Shown here in pieces: positions 1 through 11,789 of a stretch of 64,000 nucleotides of DNA. Numbering within the stretch: position 1 is the first letter of the stretch; each line of letters opens with the position of its first letter. Position numbers and translations under genes: made by a program. The notes under the pieces are model-generated. The model saw nothing but the letters and a program-made list of their open reading frames with translations, ran no database searches and was not told the origin of the DNA. Origin of the DNA: Mustelus asterias (taxonomy: Eukaryota); assembly GCF_964213995.1 (NCBI RefSeq), contig NC_135809.1, positions 36,456,001-36,520,000 of the forward strand. Direction: 5' to 3'.

Positions 1-776
1 GCATTCTTGAACTTCATATTTGACATAGGTAAGACAAAATTTTCCCCTGGGAAAGCAATTGCCCTGCACAGGAAACCATCTGAAAATGTGACTTAAATTT
101 TAACCTTCAGGTGGTTCTGCCTGGGTTACACCAATAATTATCCAGAAAGAATTACAAGGATTAAAACCACTTCTAATTCTGGATAACTATAGTACAGACC
201 TAGACTGACCTCCAGGGGACACTCCCCAACACCCCTGACCTCCCACCTCTCCCCCCATCCACACAACCAACCCGCAGGTGTCACGTAATACCCTCTGACT
301 ATTCCACCTACAGGATTGCCTTCACTATCACCGGTGAGGTCTAGCCCTATTCTCCGACTCCCCAGCTATGGGATTACCCCCCACAGCTATTGTAATACAA
401 AGAGGAAGAGGCCTCCTTCACTTTGACTCTCCTGCTCTTTGCTGCTGGGCCCTGGGGACATGCTCTATTGCCGGGCTCTCACCCGGCCTGAGTTGGACAT
501 TTGGGCAAGATTGGATCGAAGGAAAATTGACAGAAATAACTGGGTATGGAGTTGCAATCTGACACTGATTGCCACTCCGAGGAAGTTCAGGTTTGCTGAA
601 AAATGCACTGTTAAAAATCCTCGGTTAGTTACAGTAAAGGTTGATCCAAAGTAATGGTCAGCAATGGTACCCTTGATTCGGCAAGGTTTTACAAAGATCT
701 TGCATTGTAGTTACAAGGAGATTCGAGTGACCCTAGTGGGAAATACTGGTACTGATACCAAAGTACTGAGACTCAC

Positions 777-877
777 CGATGTGAAAGAGCTGAAGAGGTA
801 GTAGAGAGCCCAGGCTATGATCACAATGTAGTAAGTGTTGAGCCAAAAGGACAAGATGACAGCAGCTAGCCCAACTC
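777..877 (-). CDS. SLC6A1-like: GABA transporter GAT-1-like (SLC6 family), coding exon 3 (101 nt); gene continues beyond left edge
   Basis: Minus strand reads tcttgacag|GAGTTGGGCTAGCTGCT...TTCACATCG|gtgagt, translating to (G)[33 protein letters not shown], which matches GAT-1 TM3. Canonical AG/GT sites; phase continues from the previous exon. Not shown in this frame by the ORF track. Confidence 0.93.
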
Positions 878-1329
878 CTGTCAAGAAAAAGTTTGCAGTT
901 TATTGTGAAAAATACATCTATTGACATACATGCCTCCTGGTTCATTAAAAATGTTGCAATCACAATTGCGATGATCATCATTCACTGTGGTTACGAAGAA
1001 ATAGAATGGAAGTGAATCATTCACTGGGGCATACAATTTACAAGGATTTTCCTAATGACGCAGTGGCTCCTCCAGACAGCAATCGAATTCTGATGGACCT
1101 TCTTCATGTAGCAACTAATAGGTCTTATGGCTTTCCAAGCACACAGCTCCACTTTGGAGGAGAACAACACGTTGTACATTACATGCCATTACGCTGCTGT
1201 CTTTATAAACACTGTATGAACAGTGCCTGTTCAAGATTCAGAAAGAGAATACCCTTTAAACTACCTGTGGATACAGATGCAATATTAAATTCAGTGGTTA
1301 AATTAAATGCTGGAAAGACAATAGTTAAT

Positions 1330-1415
1330 AAAAACAGAAAGAAATGAGTAGGTCAGGCAGCAGCTGTGGAGCGAGAAACAGACTAATGTTTTAGGTCAAA
1401 TGTCTTTCATCAAGT
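1330..1415 (-). mobile_element. Family P1 decayed half-element
   Basis: GGTCAGGCAGCAGCTGTGGAGCGAGAAACAGACTAATGTTTTAGGTC...TTTCATCA resembles 14545-14617. Confidence 0.55.
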
Positions 1416-1524
1416 TGGGAACAGTTACAAATGTTTAGTTTTTAAGCAAGTCAAAAGGAGAAGGGTGACACAAAAAACTAGAGGAAAGGTCTATGATAAT
1501 GTAATGGACAGAATTTATGTGCTC

Positions 1525-1800
1525 TCTCATTGCTCATCTTGAATGGGAGACTCCTTAATTTTAAACGGTGTCCCTAGTTCTGGTTTCTCCCACAAGGGGA
1601 AACATCCTTTCAGCACTCACCCATTCAAGACCCCTCAGGATCTTATTTGGTTCAATAAGATCACTTCTCAATCTTCTAAACTCCAATGGATACAGACCCA
1701 GCCTGTCCAACCTGTTCTTGTAAGATAACCCCCAGCTCCCCCAACCCTAGCCATCCCAGATACCAGTCAATCCTCTCTAAGTTGCTTCAATCGCATTTAA
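1525..1800 (-). mobile_element. CR1 3' fragment
   Basis: Similar to the other minus-strand CR1 3' regions (e.g. 10500-10720). Confidence 0.65.
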
Positions 1801-2821
1801 AACAATCATAATTCGTGGAAGCAGCTGCACATGTTGAAGTGTAACTGCCTTCAGTCTGATCTTATTTTCACAAGGAGGAAGTAGGAAATACAATTTGTAC
1901 ACACAAAACCTAGTAGAAGGTCTGAACTTACTGGACTTGTTTGGGGAGGTAGGGTACCCTTATGGAGAGGTAAGGTAAAATTTTACAATATGGTCCTGGG
2001 ATACCTTGGGGAGAGATCAGATGCCCTTTGGGAGATATAAACTGCCCTTTGGGACTGTTAAAAGTAAAAATGAATTGCATAAAAAGTAGATAAACTCATT
2101 GGAACTGCAAAGTGATTGGAAATGTAAAAGGGCACTGTCAAAGGGAGCTTTCAATTTGTCATGGAATTTAAATCTCCTGTCCTTTAAATATTTGAAAAAG
2201 AAATCTGTCTGCAATGTTGAAAAAAGTAAATGCTTGCAATTAAGCCTATTTTTTGACATAAACGTGTGGAGTACAATTATAGTGGTACCTGACTTATTTC
2301 ACAATCTATTATTATCACGGTGGGGTGCCTTCCATTCACAGTTTGATTGACAGCTCCAAGTTGGGGGCATTGGTAGACATGAGTTGGCACTAAGTTAGCA
2401 TGGGGGCTATAAATAGGGAGTGAGTGGAGGGACATAAGTTGATGTTTCAGGGTATGATGAGTCATGGGGGTGGATGGAGGGGCATTGGTTAGCATGGAGG
2501 GTCTGAAGGAATGGAAGGTCATGGGTCGGACGGGGGGGGGGGGGGGGGTGATGTTTGTTGTGTGTTGGGTAAGTGCTGGATGGCTGCTTCTTGTTTCATT
2601 TCTTTTTTCACAGTTGGAACAAGGTGATGATCTTTCACCTCTGTGACAGAGGCTGTCACCACAGCCCCTTTGGATGCCTACAAACTGTTTCTGGGGACAA
2701 TAGGAATATCTCCCATAAATTCTGGCTCATAAGAATGAAAATCTGAAGATCTCTATTTTTTATGAGACGGGTTCACAGAATCAAGAATTCTCCCTGCTCT
2801 AGGGAGCAAAAATTCAGGCCA

Positions 2822-3075
2822 GTGAATCAGGGTAAATGGGTCATTTTCAGGATGGAAAACTGTAACTAGTGGAATGCCACAGGGATCCATGCTGGAATTT
2901 CAACTATGTATGAGCTACATTCATAACTTAGATGAAGAGACTGACTATTGCAACCAATTTGCTGACAGTATGAAGATAGATAGGAAAGCAAGTTGTGAGG
3001 AGCATACAAAGAGTCTACAGATGGATATAAATAGGTTAAATCAGTAGCTTAAATTTGGCAGATGTCATATGTTGC
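2822..3075 (+). mobile_element. Decayed CR1 RT fragment
   Basis: Degenerate VTSG.PQGS.LG and FAD..K coding-like DNA. Confidence 0.65.
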
Positions 3076-3711
3076 ACTGATTAGACACAAAAGTAAATGT
3101 CCTTCGCAATGATCTGCCTATGTACAAAATCACCAATCTCAGAAGAACTCCTCTGCTGCTCCGGTATGACATTTCCATTTTTCAGAATCAGTTATCTATG
3201 TGTCCTGAGAGTGAGAAACTCTACCAAATTATTGTATTCCTCATTCTTGGTTCCAGCTGTCCCAAAGTCATTTTACATAATTGGCTAGATTTTGAGAAAC
3301 TTGCATGTGGTATACTGAGACTGCGGTGAGCTGGCAATTTTCCAAGTACATTTTTGTGTTAAAGTGCCTGACCATGTTTGAGGACTTGAACAACATTCGG
3401 TCATAAACTTACGGATTGTGGACAGAGGGTTCCATTGTATCAGTCCAAAATAAGCCTGATTTATGGACCTCAAAGGTGAAAGGACAGCATCTCAGCCAGA
3501 CCCTCCGCCTAACTTTCTGAGCATTGCTACAGTGTTCCTTCTAAACTTATTCCTTATTTCACTACATTACTAACGCTACCGATTTTATAACGCAACAAAA
3601 ATAACTCTAAAATAATTGTTCCAAACATTTGGAAGAAAATTACAATCCATGTGATAATTTTTGACCGATTTTTTAATGCAAGTTCAAAATTTCAGAGCCA
3701 AATATACAAAC

Positions 3712-3843
3712 CCTTAAACATAGGAGCTAGCTTCCATACACCAAGGCCTCCAATGGATGTGTACTGACCAAGGGCTGTTTCCAGGAGGAACAAAGGAATG
3801 CCAGCAAATACCAGTGTCAGAAAATATGGGATCAGGAAGGCAC
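3712..3843 (-). CDS. SLC6A1-like: GABA transporter GAT-1-like, coding exon 2 (132 nt)
   Basis: atttcag|GTGCCTTCC...ATGTTTAAGG|gtttgt translates to (G)[43 protein letters not shown](G). [20 protein letters not shown] is the GAT-1-type sequence. Confidence 0.95.
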
Positions 3844-4195
3844 CTGAAATATAACATATCGAAAGGTTACTCACAATAAAATAGGTACTGAATTTTAGAA
3901 ATATGTGTCTATCTATATAATAAAATTATTTGTATCTATATGAACATATGATTTGAGATAGTTAGATTCTAATTTGCTTTCCATCTAGTCAGCATCTGAT
4001 TGTAACATGGGTCACATGCTTAGCAGACAAAAATTACATTTGCAAGCCACATACACTTCCACACAAGCATAAAATATCATTAAATATGTTGAAGCAGTTG
4101 TAACTTTGAAATTTCAAGACCAAACCAAACTTTTGACTATATTCAAAAGTGGATTTCTCCATTAGCCCACGACTCAATTTATGAACAACCCAATT

Positions 4196-4365
4196 TGGTT
4201 TGATTTGATTTATTATTGTCACATGTATTAGTATACAGTGAAAAGTATTGTTTCTTGTGCTTATACAGGCAAAGCATACCATTCATAGAGAAGGAAACGA
4301 GAGAGTGCAGAATGTAGTGTTACTGTCATAGCTAGGGTGTAGAGAAAGATTAACTTAATGCAACT
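4196..4365 (-). mobile_element. Rex1/Babar-like LINE 3' tail
   Basis: Minus strand reads ...TTTTCACTGTATACTAATACATGTGACAATAATAAATCAAATCAAA with a short-repeat end. Confidence 0.6.
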
Positions 4366-4645
4366 CAATCCAGTTAGATGCATCAGCTGCTGAGGTTTTT
4401 AATAAACGTTTTGGCAAGAATTTTCCAGCTGTTCACACCCTGTCACCACTGCAAGCGAGGATGGATTTTTTGGCACTCAGCCAACTCTCAGTTCACTGCA
4501 GCAAGACCAGAGTACCCCCTAGGCATGAACTTTCACCCTTTATCTCTACGCCACTTTACAAGAAATTGTCTAGTTTATATTTATATACGAGTGGATAATG
4601 CTGTCTCACCATAAATCTATACATTAAAACTATTTGTTGCAGATA

Positions 4646-5934
4646 TGTCATGCTTTTACATTGTGTCACGTTGATGGAAAATGTGTCTGACTGAGAAATA
4701 CCGATAGTTTCAGCAGCTAGCCAGAAACATATCTGTTTAAAGAGAACGTTTTTTTCAAAAGAAGTACAACAACAGGCATGACTGAAGATGGCTACCACCA
4801 GTCGTCTGATGTCTGGTTCTTGTAAGTTGATAACTTTTCTGGAAAGTTAATTTATGGATTGCACTGTAGACCTTCCCTGACATGTTGTATGGAATCTCAT
4901 ACCTGAGAGATGTCAAAGTCCACTTCAAAACAGGGACTCTTGAAATGAGGGCATTAAAATGCAAAGTGCTTGACTTCCATCAACAATAATTCTGCCAAGA
5001 CATTGGGAACTGCTAACCAGCCAGACACACCCAAAACCCCCAGTGGAGGTTGAAATAACCGCATCTCCCAATTGTTTCTATTATCATGAAATGTGTCAAA
5101 AGTTTCTGAAATCAAAGATCAAAGATGTGATTATGTGTTCGACAACAGTGATTGCAAGGCATGTTAATCGAATTCCTTTATGGAGTACACAGACAGGATG
5201 ATTAGGAACTGTTTTTTCTAAACCAGATGCAGAGAGAAAACTCATTTGGAATCACTGCTGAAAGGAGCAGGAAGGAATCTCTCTCTCGCTGAAGCTAAGA
5301 TTGTCTGCAGAAAGGTGCAGTTACCTCAACTTAAATTCAACTCCAAGATTTTAAAGGAAGCCAGCTAATTTCAAACACCACAATGTTCAATAATCTATGC
5401 CTCAAGGATAAGAAAATGATATAATTTTTAACTTTTATTTGGACTCTACCTTTTCCTACTTCTGTGTATTGACTTTAATCAGGCAATTGAGGTTGGCCTG
5501 TTAGAATATGAGCTCCCTGATTAAGGGCCAAATTGATGGGTCAATCAGGGAGCCTCTTGCTTTGTACTTAACCAGCAGTGTCAGTTCCTCTGGGACTCCA
5601 AGTGTAAACTGCTAACTAAAAGCACTCTGTATGTAGTTGTCAGACTAATAAATTAATGGATTTTGGTGAAGGGACTTCTGCCTCCAAGGACTTATTACAT
5701 TCTGAAATTTGTGTGTATGTGCCATTGCATCTTTTATTATTTTTTCTCAGGTTGAAAAACTAATAAAATTGCTATTTTCTTTCACTCAAGAAAACTTGGT
5801 TTGATTGGACCCTTATTAAAAGGATTGGAAAGAGCATCTATGGGAAAAATGAATTTACAAAAACCTTTGTTGCAACCAACTAAGTGAGTTGAATAAAGGA
5901 GAGCCAGTTCACGCATCCTCACCCAGTCATAACA
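4646..5934 (+). mobile_element. Probable larger solo LTR hosting the 5465-5699 LTR
   Basis: TGTCATG...CATAACA ends and AATAAA near the 3' end. No TSD recognised; left boundary uncertain. Confidence 0.4.
5465..5699 (+). mobile_element. Solo LTR (235 bp) with 5-bp TSD
   Basis: TGTATT...ATTACA termini, internal AATAAA, flanked by TTCTG at 5460-5464 and 5700-5704. Confidence 0.75.
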
Positions 5935-6239
5935 ATTGGTTCAGATGTTAGTTATAATCAAATATAACTGGCTCAATCATACTGATACATTGATTTGCAC
6001 CAATCCCAAAGAAATCGGACTCTCTACTCTCAATCAATCTCATCAGTGATTTCTTTTGATAAAGTGGTTCTTCTAAACATTTTTATTTCTAACCAAAATG
6101 AATAGACTGGAGCCACATTTCCTGCCCTCCCATGGTCAGACAACACATTACACCCATCCAGATTCAGGTGTGCTTGAATTTTCTGTATCGTAGAGTCACG
6201 CTCCATGATTTCAGTGTGAGAGGGGAAGGACATCACCAC

Positions 6240-6900
6240 TGTGCTCTGAGGGAGAAGAGGAGGGAAAGTGCCAGCAAGTAAAGAGTGGCCATGGATAAGA
6301 ACACAAGCTTGAGGCGCTGGAGGAGAGGAAAGACGTATGTTGCATAAAGCGGCTAACTGAGGGGAAAGATGGGGTTAACTGCAGGAGCAGTTTAAATCTG
6401 TAGGTTTTGAGTGAGTTGAAATCTTGTCCCTGGTGTCTTCCATTGTGTCCTCATTTGGTCAATGCAGGAGTGAGAAGTGGAAGAAGAGTGAAGGTTGGCA
6501 GCATGATCTGAGGGAGGGGAGGTTGCATTGAGCCATTTGTAAACAAGGGGGAGGCCACTGCCAGTGTAAATGTTTGGGGGAGGTATTTTGCAATATCATT
6601 TCAGGGAGCAAGATAAGGAGTGCCTGCTTTAATTGAAGAGGGAAGGAGAAGGGGTCATGCACAAATTTAAGAGGCAGATTAATGTGAGGACAGGACTGGA
6701 GTATTTTAAATGAGGGATGGCATGAACTGAGGTGGGGTTGAAGGGACAAGAGTGCCCATGTGAAACAGGGTACTGAGGTGAACGTTTCCAGCAGTAATTG
6801 GATGAGAGGAGTGAGAATACCAGCATAGGAGTGGGTGAAAAATGTGAGCTTCAATGGGGGTGAGGGGCGAAGACTGAAAGGTCAGCTGGGTGGAGCTTTA
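6240..6900 (-). mobile_element. Decayed L2-clade LINE fragment
   Basis: Purine-rich plus strand typical of antisense L2 ORF2. Family assignment by eye. Confidence 0.55.
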
Positions 6901-7023
6901 TACGAATGACACTCCAACGGCACATTCTTCATGAATGTGCTCTCAAAATAACATTATAACATTTCATATGCATTGGTAATTGTCCTCCTTGAATGTGCAA
7001 TAATGTTCAGTAGTGTGTCCTAC

Positions 7024-7255
7024 CTCCACCATTTTTTCCACAGAGGTAAGGGAACCTCCAGACATTTCCAAGTCCAATGGCATATCCCACACAAGACAGC
7101 AAGAAGTCAAATTTTCCCTGCCAGTTTCCTCTGTTTGGTAAGGTTTCACTTTTACCAGCCTGACTCTCTGACGCCTCTACCATTTCTTCCGGCCGTGTCT
7201 CCCTCAGGTTCGGGGAAAAGTTGACCTCCAGCAAAGCTTGTTCTGTCTCCCCCAT
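7024..7255 (-). CDS. SLC6A1-like: GABA transporter GAT-1-like, first coding exon (exon probably extends 5' to acceptor at 7373)
   Basis: ATG at 7255; [11 protein letters not shown]...[36 protein letters not shown](G), the SLC6 TM1 signature with GAT-1-type LCGKNGGG. Donor G|gtagga at 7023. A polypyrimidine tract plus cag acceptor lies at 7374-7400. Confidence 0.93.
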
Positions 7256-8278
7256 CACTGCACGCTCACATCCACTTCACATGAAATAGTTTAAGGCTTA
7301 TGAACCCTCAGCACAACTTAATCACAGTTCTTGGTCAGAATCAAATGTTTGGTCCTGAAGATTTCACTTCACACTGCAAGTGCAAAACAAAGGAAAAAGT
7401 TTATACGAATGTTGTTTCAGCTTTGTTTACATTTAGTGGTGGGGGGGAGGGGGGGGGAGGGTGTGGTTAGCAGGGGCAAGGCAAGAAGAAACATTTTCTC
7501 AAATAAGCTAAGATATAAGATATATTGTTAACATTTCAGCCTCACAGCAGGATGGGTGAAACCCAATCTTGCCAGGTTCTAACAAATGCTTTCCTCAAAG
7601 GAAGTGTCAAAAAATAACTGGTCTGGAGGAAAACTGACACGAAGAGATTTCAAAGCTGGTGCAACAAGTCAGACAATTCAACAGCATTGGGACTTCTGCA
7701 CTACCACAGGCTTTAGTAAAACTTGACAACCTTAACGGTAGCGGAGATAGAAGTGATAGCATGAGGGAGCTGGATTAGCATCAGTAACAAATACAGTTGT
7801 TAATCCATGGAGTTGCTCAGGCTAACAGTGTGAGTAAGCTAGATCGGTAACCGACACAACATGAACCTCAGACCCGATTTTAACTTTGTGGGTTTTGAGT
7901 GAGTTGAGTCTTGTCCCCAGTGTCTTCCACTGTGCCCTCATTCAGTCAGTGTAAGTACTCCTTCCAGTCAGTTTAGAAAATACAAGCACCGACCTGTAAA
8001 AATGGCCTTACAACCTGTCCAGTTCAGTCTGTCAAACAAGTCCTCTTTTGAGATATGATCTGCATATTATTAATTTCTCCCCAGTCTCAAACCTGCTTGC
8101 CTCTGCTTCCTGTCTCATCCCCCACCATCAGCAATACTCTGAATAATAAAAAAAACAGAAACCGACATGAAAAACTGAAGGAACGAGTAATTAGCCAGAA
8201 TTTCTGATTTTATAATAGGTTCTCATATAAGATTCCTTGATATATGGTGGCATGCCTAAGGGGCTTGAGAATTTCTTT

Positions 8279-8540
8279 GTATTTATTTATCTATCTATTT
8301 ATTTATTGGTGCCACAAGTAGGCTTACATTAACACTGCAATGAAGCTACTGTGAAAAGCCCCCAGTTGTCACACTCCGGCGCCTGTTCGGCTACACTGAG
8401 GGAGAGTTTAGCATGGCCAATGCACCTAACCAACATGTCTTTCAAATTATGGGAGGAAACCGGAGCACCTGAAGAAAACCCATGCAGACACAGGGAAACA
8501 GTGACCAAAGTCGGGAATTGAACCCAGGTCCCTGGTGCTG
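8279..8540 (-). mobile_element. V-SINE with alternative tail (type B)
   Basis: V-domain followed by ...TTCACAGTAGCTTCATTGCAGTGTTAATGTAAGCCTACTTGTG...AATAAA. Confidence 0.82.
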
Positions 8541-9227
8541 TTTTATGGCTATATTGCCAGTTCATGCATCCAACTAGGGAATAGAGGACCTACAGAGCAG
8601 ACTGCTGGCTCCTGTAATGGAGGACAATTTTACTGAATTCCTTCAAGTCAGACTTGTTTCTGGAGAGATAGGTACTGCATAGAATTATCAGCACCAGAGT
8701 AATGTCCTGAACAGTTTTGATTGCTCAGGAAGTTAGAGAAGAATTTCCCACATGTTTATTCCCCCAAATTGGTTTTGCTTTATTTCTCATTGCCTTTCCC
8801 AGGATGGTTTTGGGTGGGGTGGAAAGTGTACATTAGTAATATATGAAGTATCAGAACACTGTGGGACATTTGGGTGGACCGGAGCATCTTTTCCTGTCTC
8901 TCATTGCTCGTATATCCGTACGTTCATAACTCACAGTTGGTGAATTCCTTTTGATCTTAAAGCAAATGTCACTGCCATCAGTCAACATAATTGTCATTCT
9001 CCCTTCTACTGAAATCCAGCATAACTGGGAAGACGCAAATAGTACTCAGATGTGTCTCATCCGCTGGCTTGCTATGATGCGCATTTGCTGCAGACTATCT
9101 TCAAAGGGTTTGCTTTTACATCAAAGGCAAATTTGCCATGAAATTCAAGGGCCACATTACAGTCTCATCTCACCTTAACAACTAATACGACAAATAGAAG
9201 CTCCATGAGTAATTGCTCCCACACTTG

Positions 9228-9550
9228 GAATCCCTACAGTACTGAAGGAGGCCATTCAGCCATTCGAGCCTGCGCTGACAACAATCGCACTCAGGCCCTT
9301 TTCCCGTAACCGTACATATTCACCCTGCTAATCCCCCTGACACGAAGGGGCAATTTATTTTAGCCTGGCCAATCCACCTAACCCGCACTTCTTTGGACTG
9401 TAGGAGGAAACCAGACCACCCAGAGGAAACCCACACAGACACGGAGAGAACATGCAAACTCCACACAGACAGTCGCCCAAGGACGGAATTGAACCTGGTT
9501 CCCTGTCACTGTGAGACAACAGTGCGAACCACTGTGACACCGTGCCACCC
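9228..9550 (-). mobile_element. HE1-type V-SINE, CR1-like tail (type A)
   Basis: tRNA-like head with A/B boxes, V-domain (GGGTTTCCTC.GGGTG.TC.GGTTTCCTCC) and CR1-like tail. Confidence 0.85.
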
Positions 9551-9630
9551 ATCTTATCACTTAAGATTAGTTTTGAGAGGTTTCTGAAAAGAAACAATCG
9601 GAACTTGTGAATTGATGTCATTAGTAACTT

Positions 9631-9840
9631 GGGTTGCAGTTTTCCAGACGTCCCTATCAGCATGATCGATCTTCTGGTCCTACCGACAGCAAGCCCTGCT
9701 GCACATTCCCCGGTGGCAAAGGGTGGAAACAATGGGAAAACCCCTTGACAGCTGCAGGACTGGAAGATCTCACTGCTGGCCAATGGCAGGCCACCTCTGC
9801 ACAACATGCCATGGGGTGGGGAGTGTGGGAAATCCTGCTC
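9631..9840. mobile_element. MITE-like element
   Basis: Imperfect terminal inverted ends and internal inverted GATCTTCTGGTCCT / AGGACTGGAAGATC. Confidence 0.45.
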
Positions 9841-9992
9841 TCGGTGTATCTTTATGCGTTGGTGTATTATTTAACATTCAAATAACTTCCAGTGATTTCA
9901 AAAACACAAGCGCACAAGAATTAGGAGAAGGAATAGGCCATTTGGCCCTCAAGTCTGATAAGATTGTGATCTATCTGATTCTGGCCTGAACT

Positions 9993-10330
9993 GGGGCGGC
10001 ACGGTAGCACAGTGGTTAGCACTGCTGCTCCACAGCTCCAGGGACCTGGGTTCGAATCCTGGCTCGGGTCACTGTCTGTGTGGGGTTTGCACATTCTCCC
10101 TGTGTCTGCGTGGGTTTCCTCCGGGTGCTCCGGTTTCCTCCCACAGTCCAAAGATGTGCGGGCTAGATTGATTGGCCATTCTAAATTGCCCCTTAGTGTC
10201 CCGGGATGCATAGGTTAGAGGGATTAGTGGGTAAATATGTAGGGTTATGGGGATAGGGCCTGGGTGAGATTGTGGTTGGTGCAGACTCGATGGGCCGAAT
10301 GGCCTCTTTCTGTGCTGTAGGATTCTATGA
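9993..10330 (+). mobile_element. HE1-type V-SINE type A, full length
   Basis: GGGGCGGCACGGTAGCACAGTGG...GGATTCTATGA; TSD TGAACT at 9987-9992 and 10328-10333. Confidence 0.92.
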
Positions 10331-10954
10331 ACTCCACTTTCTTGTCTGTTCCCATAACCCTTGAATCCCTCGCTGATCAAAAACTCTGTAACTCAGCCTT
10401 GAATATATTCAATGACTTTGCCTTCACTGCTCTCTGGGAAAGAGAATTCCACAGATTAACAATCCCCTGAGAGGAAAAGTCTCCTTATCTCAGTCTTAAA
10501 TGGGAGACAACTAAGTTTTAAACAGTGGGAAACATCCTCTCAGCATCTACCTTGTCAAGTCCCCTCAGGAACTTATATGTTTCAATAAGATCACATCTCA
10601 TTCTTCAAAACTTCAATGGGTATCGACCCAACCTTCTCAACCTTTCCTCATAAGATAAACCCTTCATCCCAGGAATCAGTCAAGTGAATCTTCTCTGAAC
10701 TGCTTGTAATGCAACTATATCCAGTCTTAAGTAAGGATACCAAAACTGTACATAGTACTCCAGATGTGGTCTAACCCACTGCAACACTTTTCCCTCCTTT
10801 TGCAGGAGAACGTGTAGGCAACAGTGATCATTGTATTATAATGTTTAAATTGACAGTGGAAAAGGACAAAGAACAATCTGGAATAAGAATATTTATCATC
10901 GAACCATTGAAAAGTTATAGTGCAGCGCCAGCTGAAAAAAGGCCAGCAGCCCAT

Positions 10955-11787
10955 TCTAACCCCACCTTTGAGCTTGCAGTCTGCAGTCTCACAGGTTACA
11001 ACACATCAAGTGAAGACTCAGATATCTTTTAAATGAGTTCAAGGTATCTGCCTCAATTACTAATCAGGCAGAAAATTCCAGGTAGCTATCATGCTCTGCA
11101 TGAAGAAATGTTTTCTAATAGTCCCTCTAATCCTTCTACGAATCACCTCAAAATTGTGCCCCCTTGTAATTGACCTCTCCACTAAGGGAAACAAATCTTT
11201 CCTGCCTACTCTACTACTCTATCTAGGGCCCTCATAATTTTGCACACCTCAATCCCGTCACCTCGCAGCCTCCTCTGTTCTAAGGAAAACAACGCTAGTC
11301 TATCCAATCTTCCCTCATACCTGCAATTTTCAAGTCCTGGCAACATTCCTGTAAATCTCTTCTACACTCACTGCAGAACAATTATGTCCTTCCTGTAATG
11401 TGGTGACCAGAACTGTACGCAAAACTCCAGCTGTGGCCTAACCAGTGTTTTATACAGTTCTATCATTACATCACCGCTTTGGTATTCTATACCTCGTCCA
11501 ATAAAGGAAAGCATTCCATATGCATTCTTTACCACCATATCCACCAGCCAGGGACCTGTGGACATGCATGCCAAGGTTTCTCACTTGCTTATTCCCTCTC
11601 AATATCACCCCTTTATTGAGCATCTCCTTGCTTTGTTTGTTCTCTCAAAATGCATAGCCTCACACTTCTCCAGGTTGAATTCCAAATACCACTTTTCCGC
11701 CCAAACTATTGATATAATTCTGGAATCCCCAGCTATCCTCTTCACTATCAATTGGCCAATTTTTGTGTCATCTGCAAATTTCCCAAT
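10955..11787 (-). mobile_element. CR1 3' fragment
   Basis: ORF 11368-11574 reads LYKTLVRPQLEFCVQFWSPHYRKD. Confidence 0.85.
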
Positions 11788-11789
11788 CT

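Noticed and set aside
733-981. 82-aa minus-strand ORF
   Set aside because: Wrong frame; the true exon (777-877) is in another frame.
6400-7955. ~65-bp similarity between 6402-6467 and 7891-7953
   Set aside because: Diverged and within L2-like sequence; most simply two fragments of the same repeat family.
9993-10070. tRNA-like sequences with A/B boxes (also 53831-53925, 62148-62225)
   Set aside because: They are SINE heads continuing into SINE bodies; no complete cloverleaf tRNA gene is evident.
9921-10380. Recurrent ORFs such as MHPGTLRGNLEWP.../MVSTAASQLQGPGFDS.../DCGRKPEHPEETHADT
   Set aside because: These are translations of the V-SINE in various frames, not protein-coding genes.
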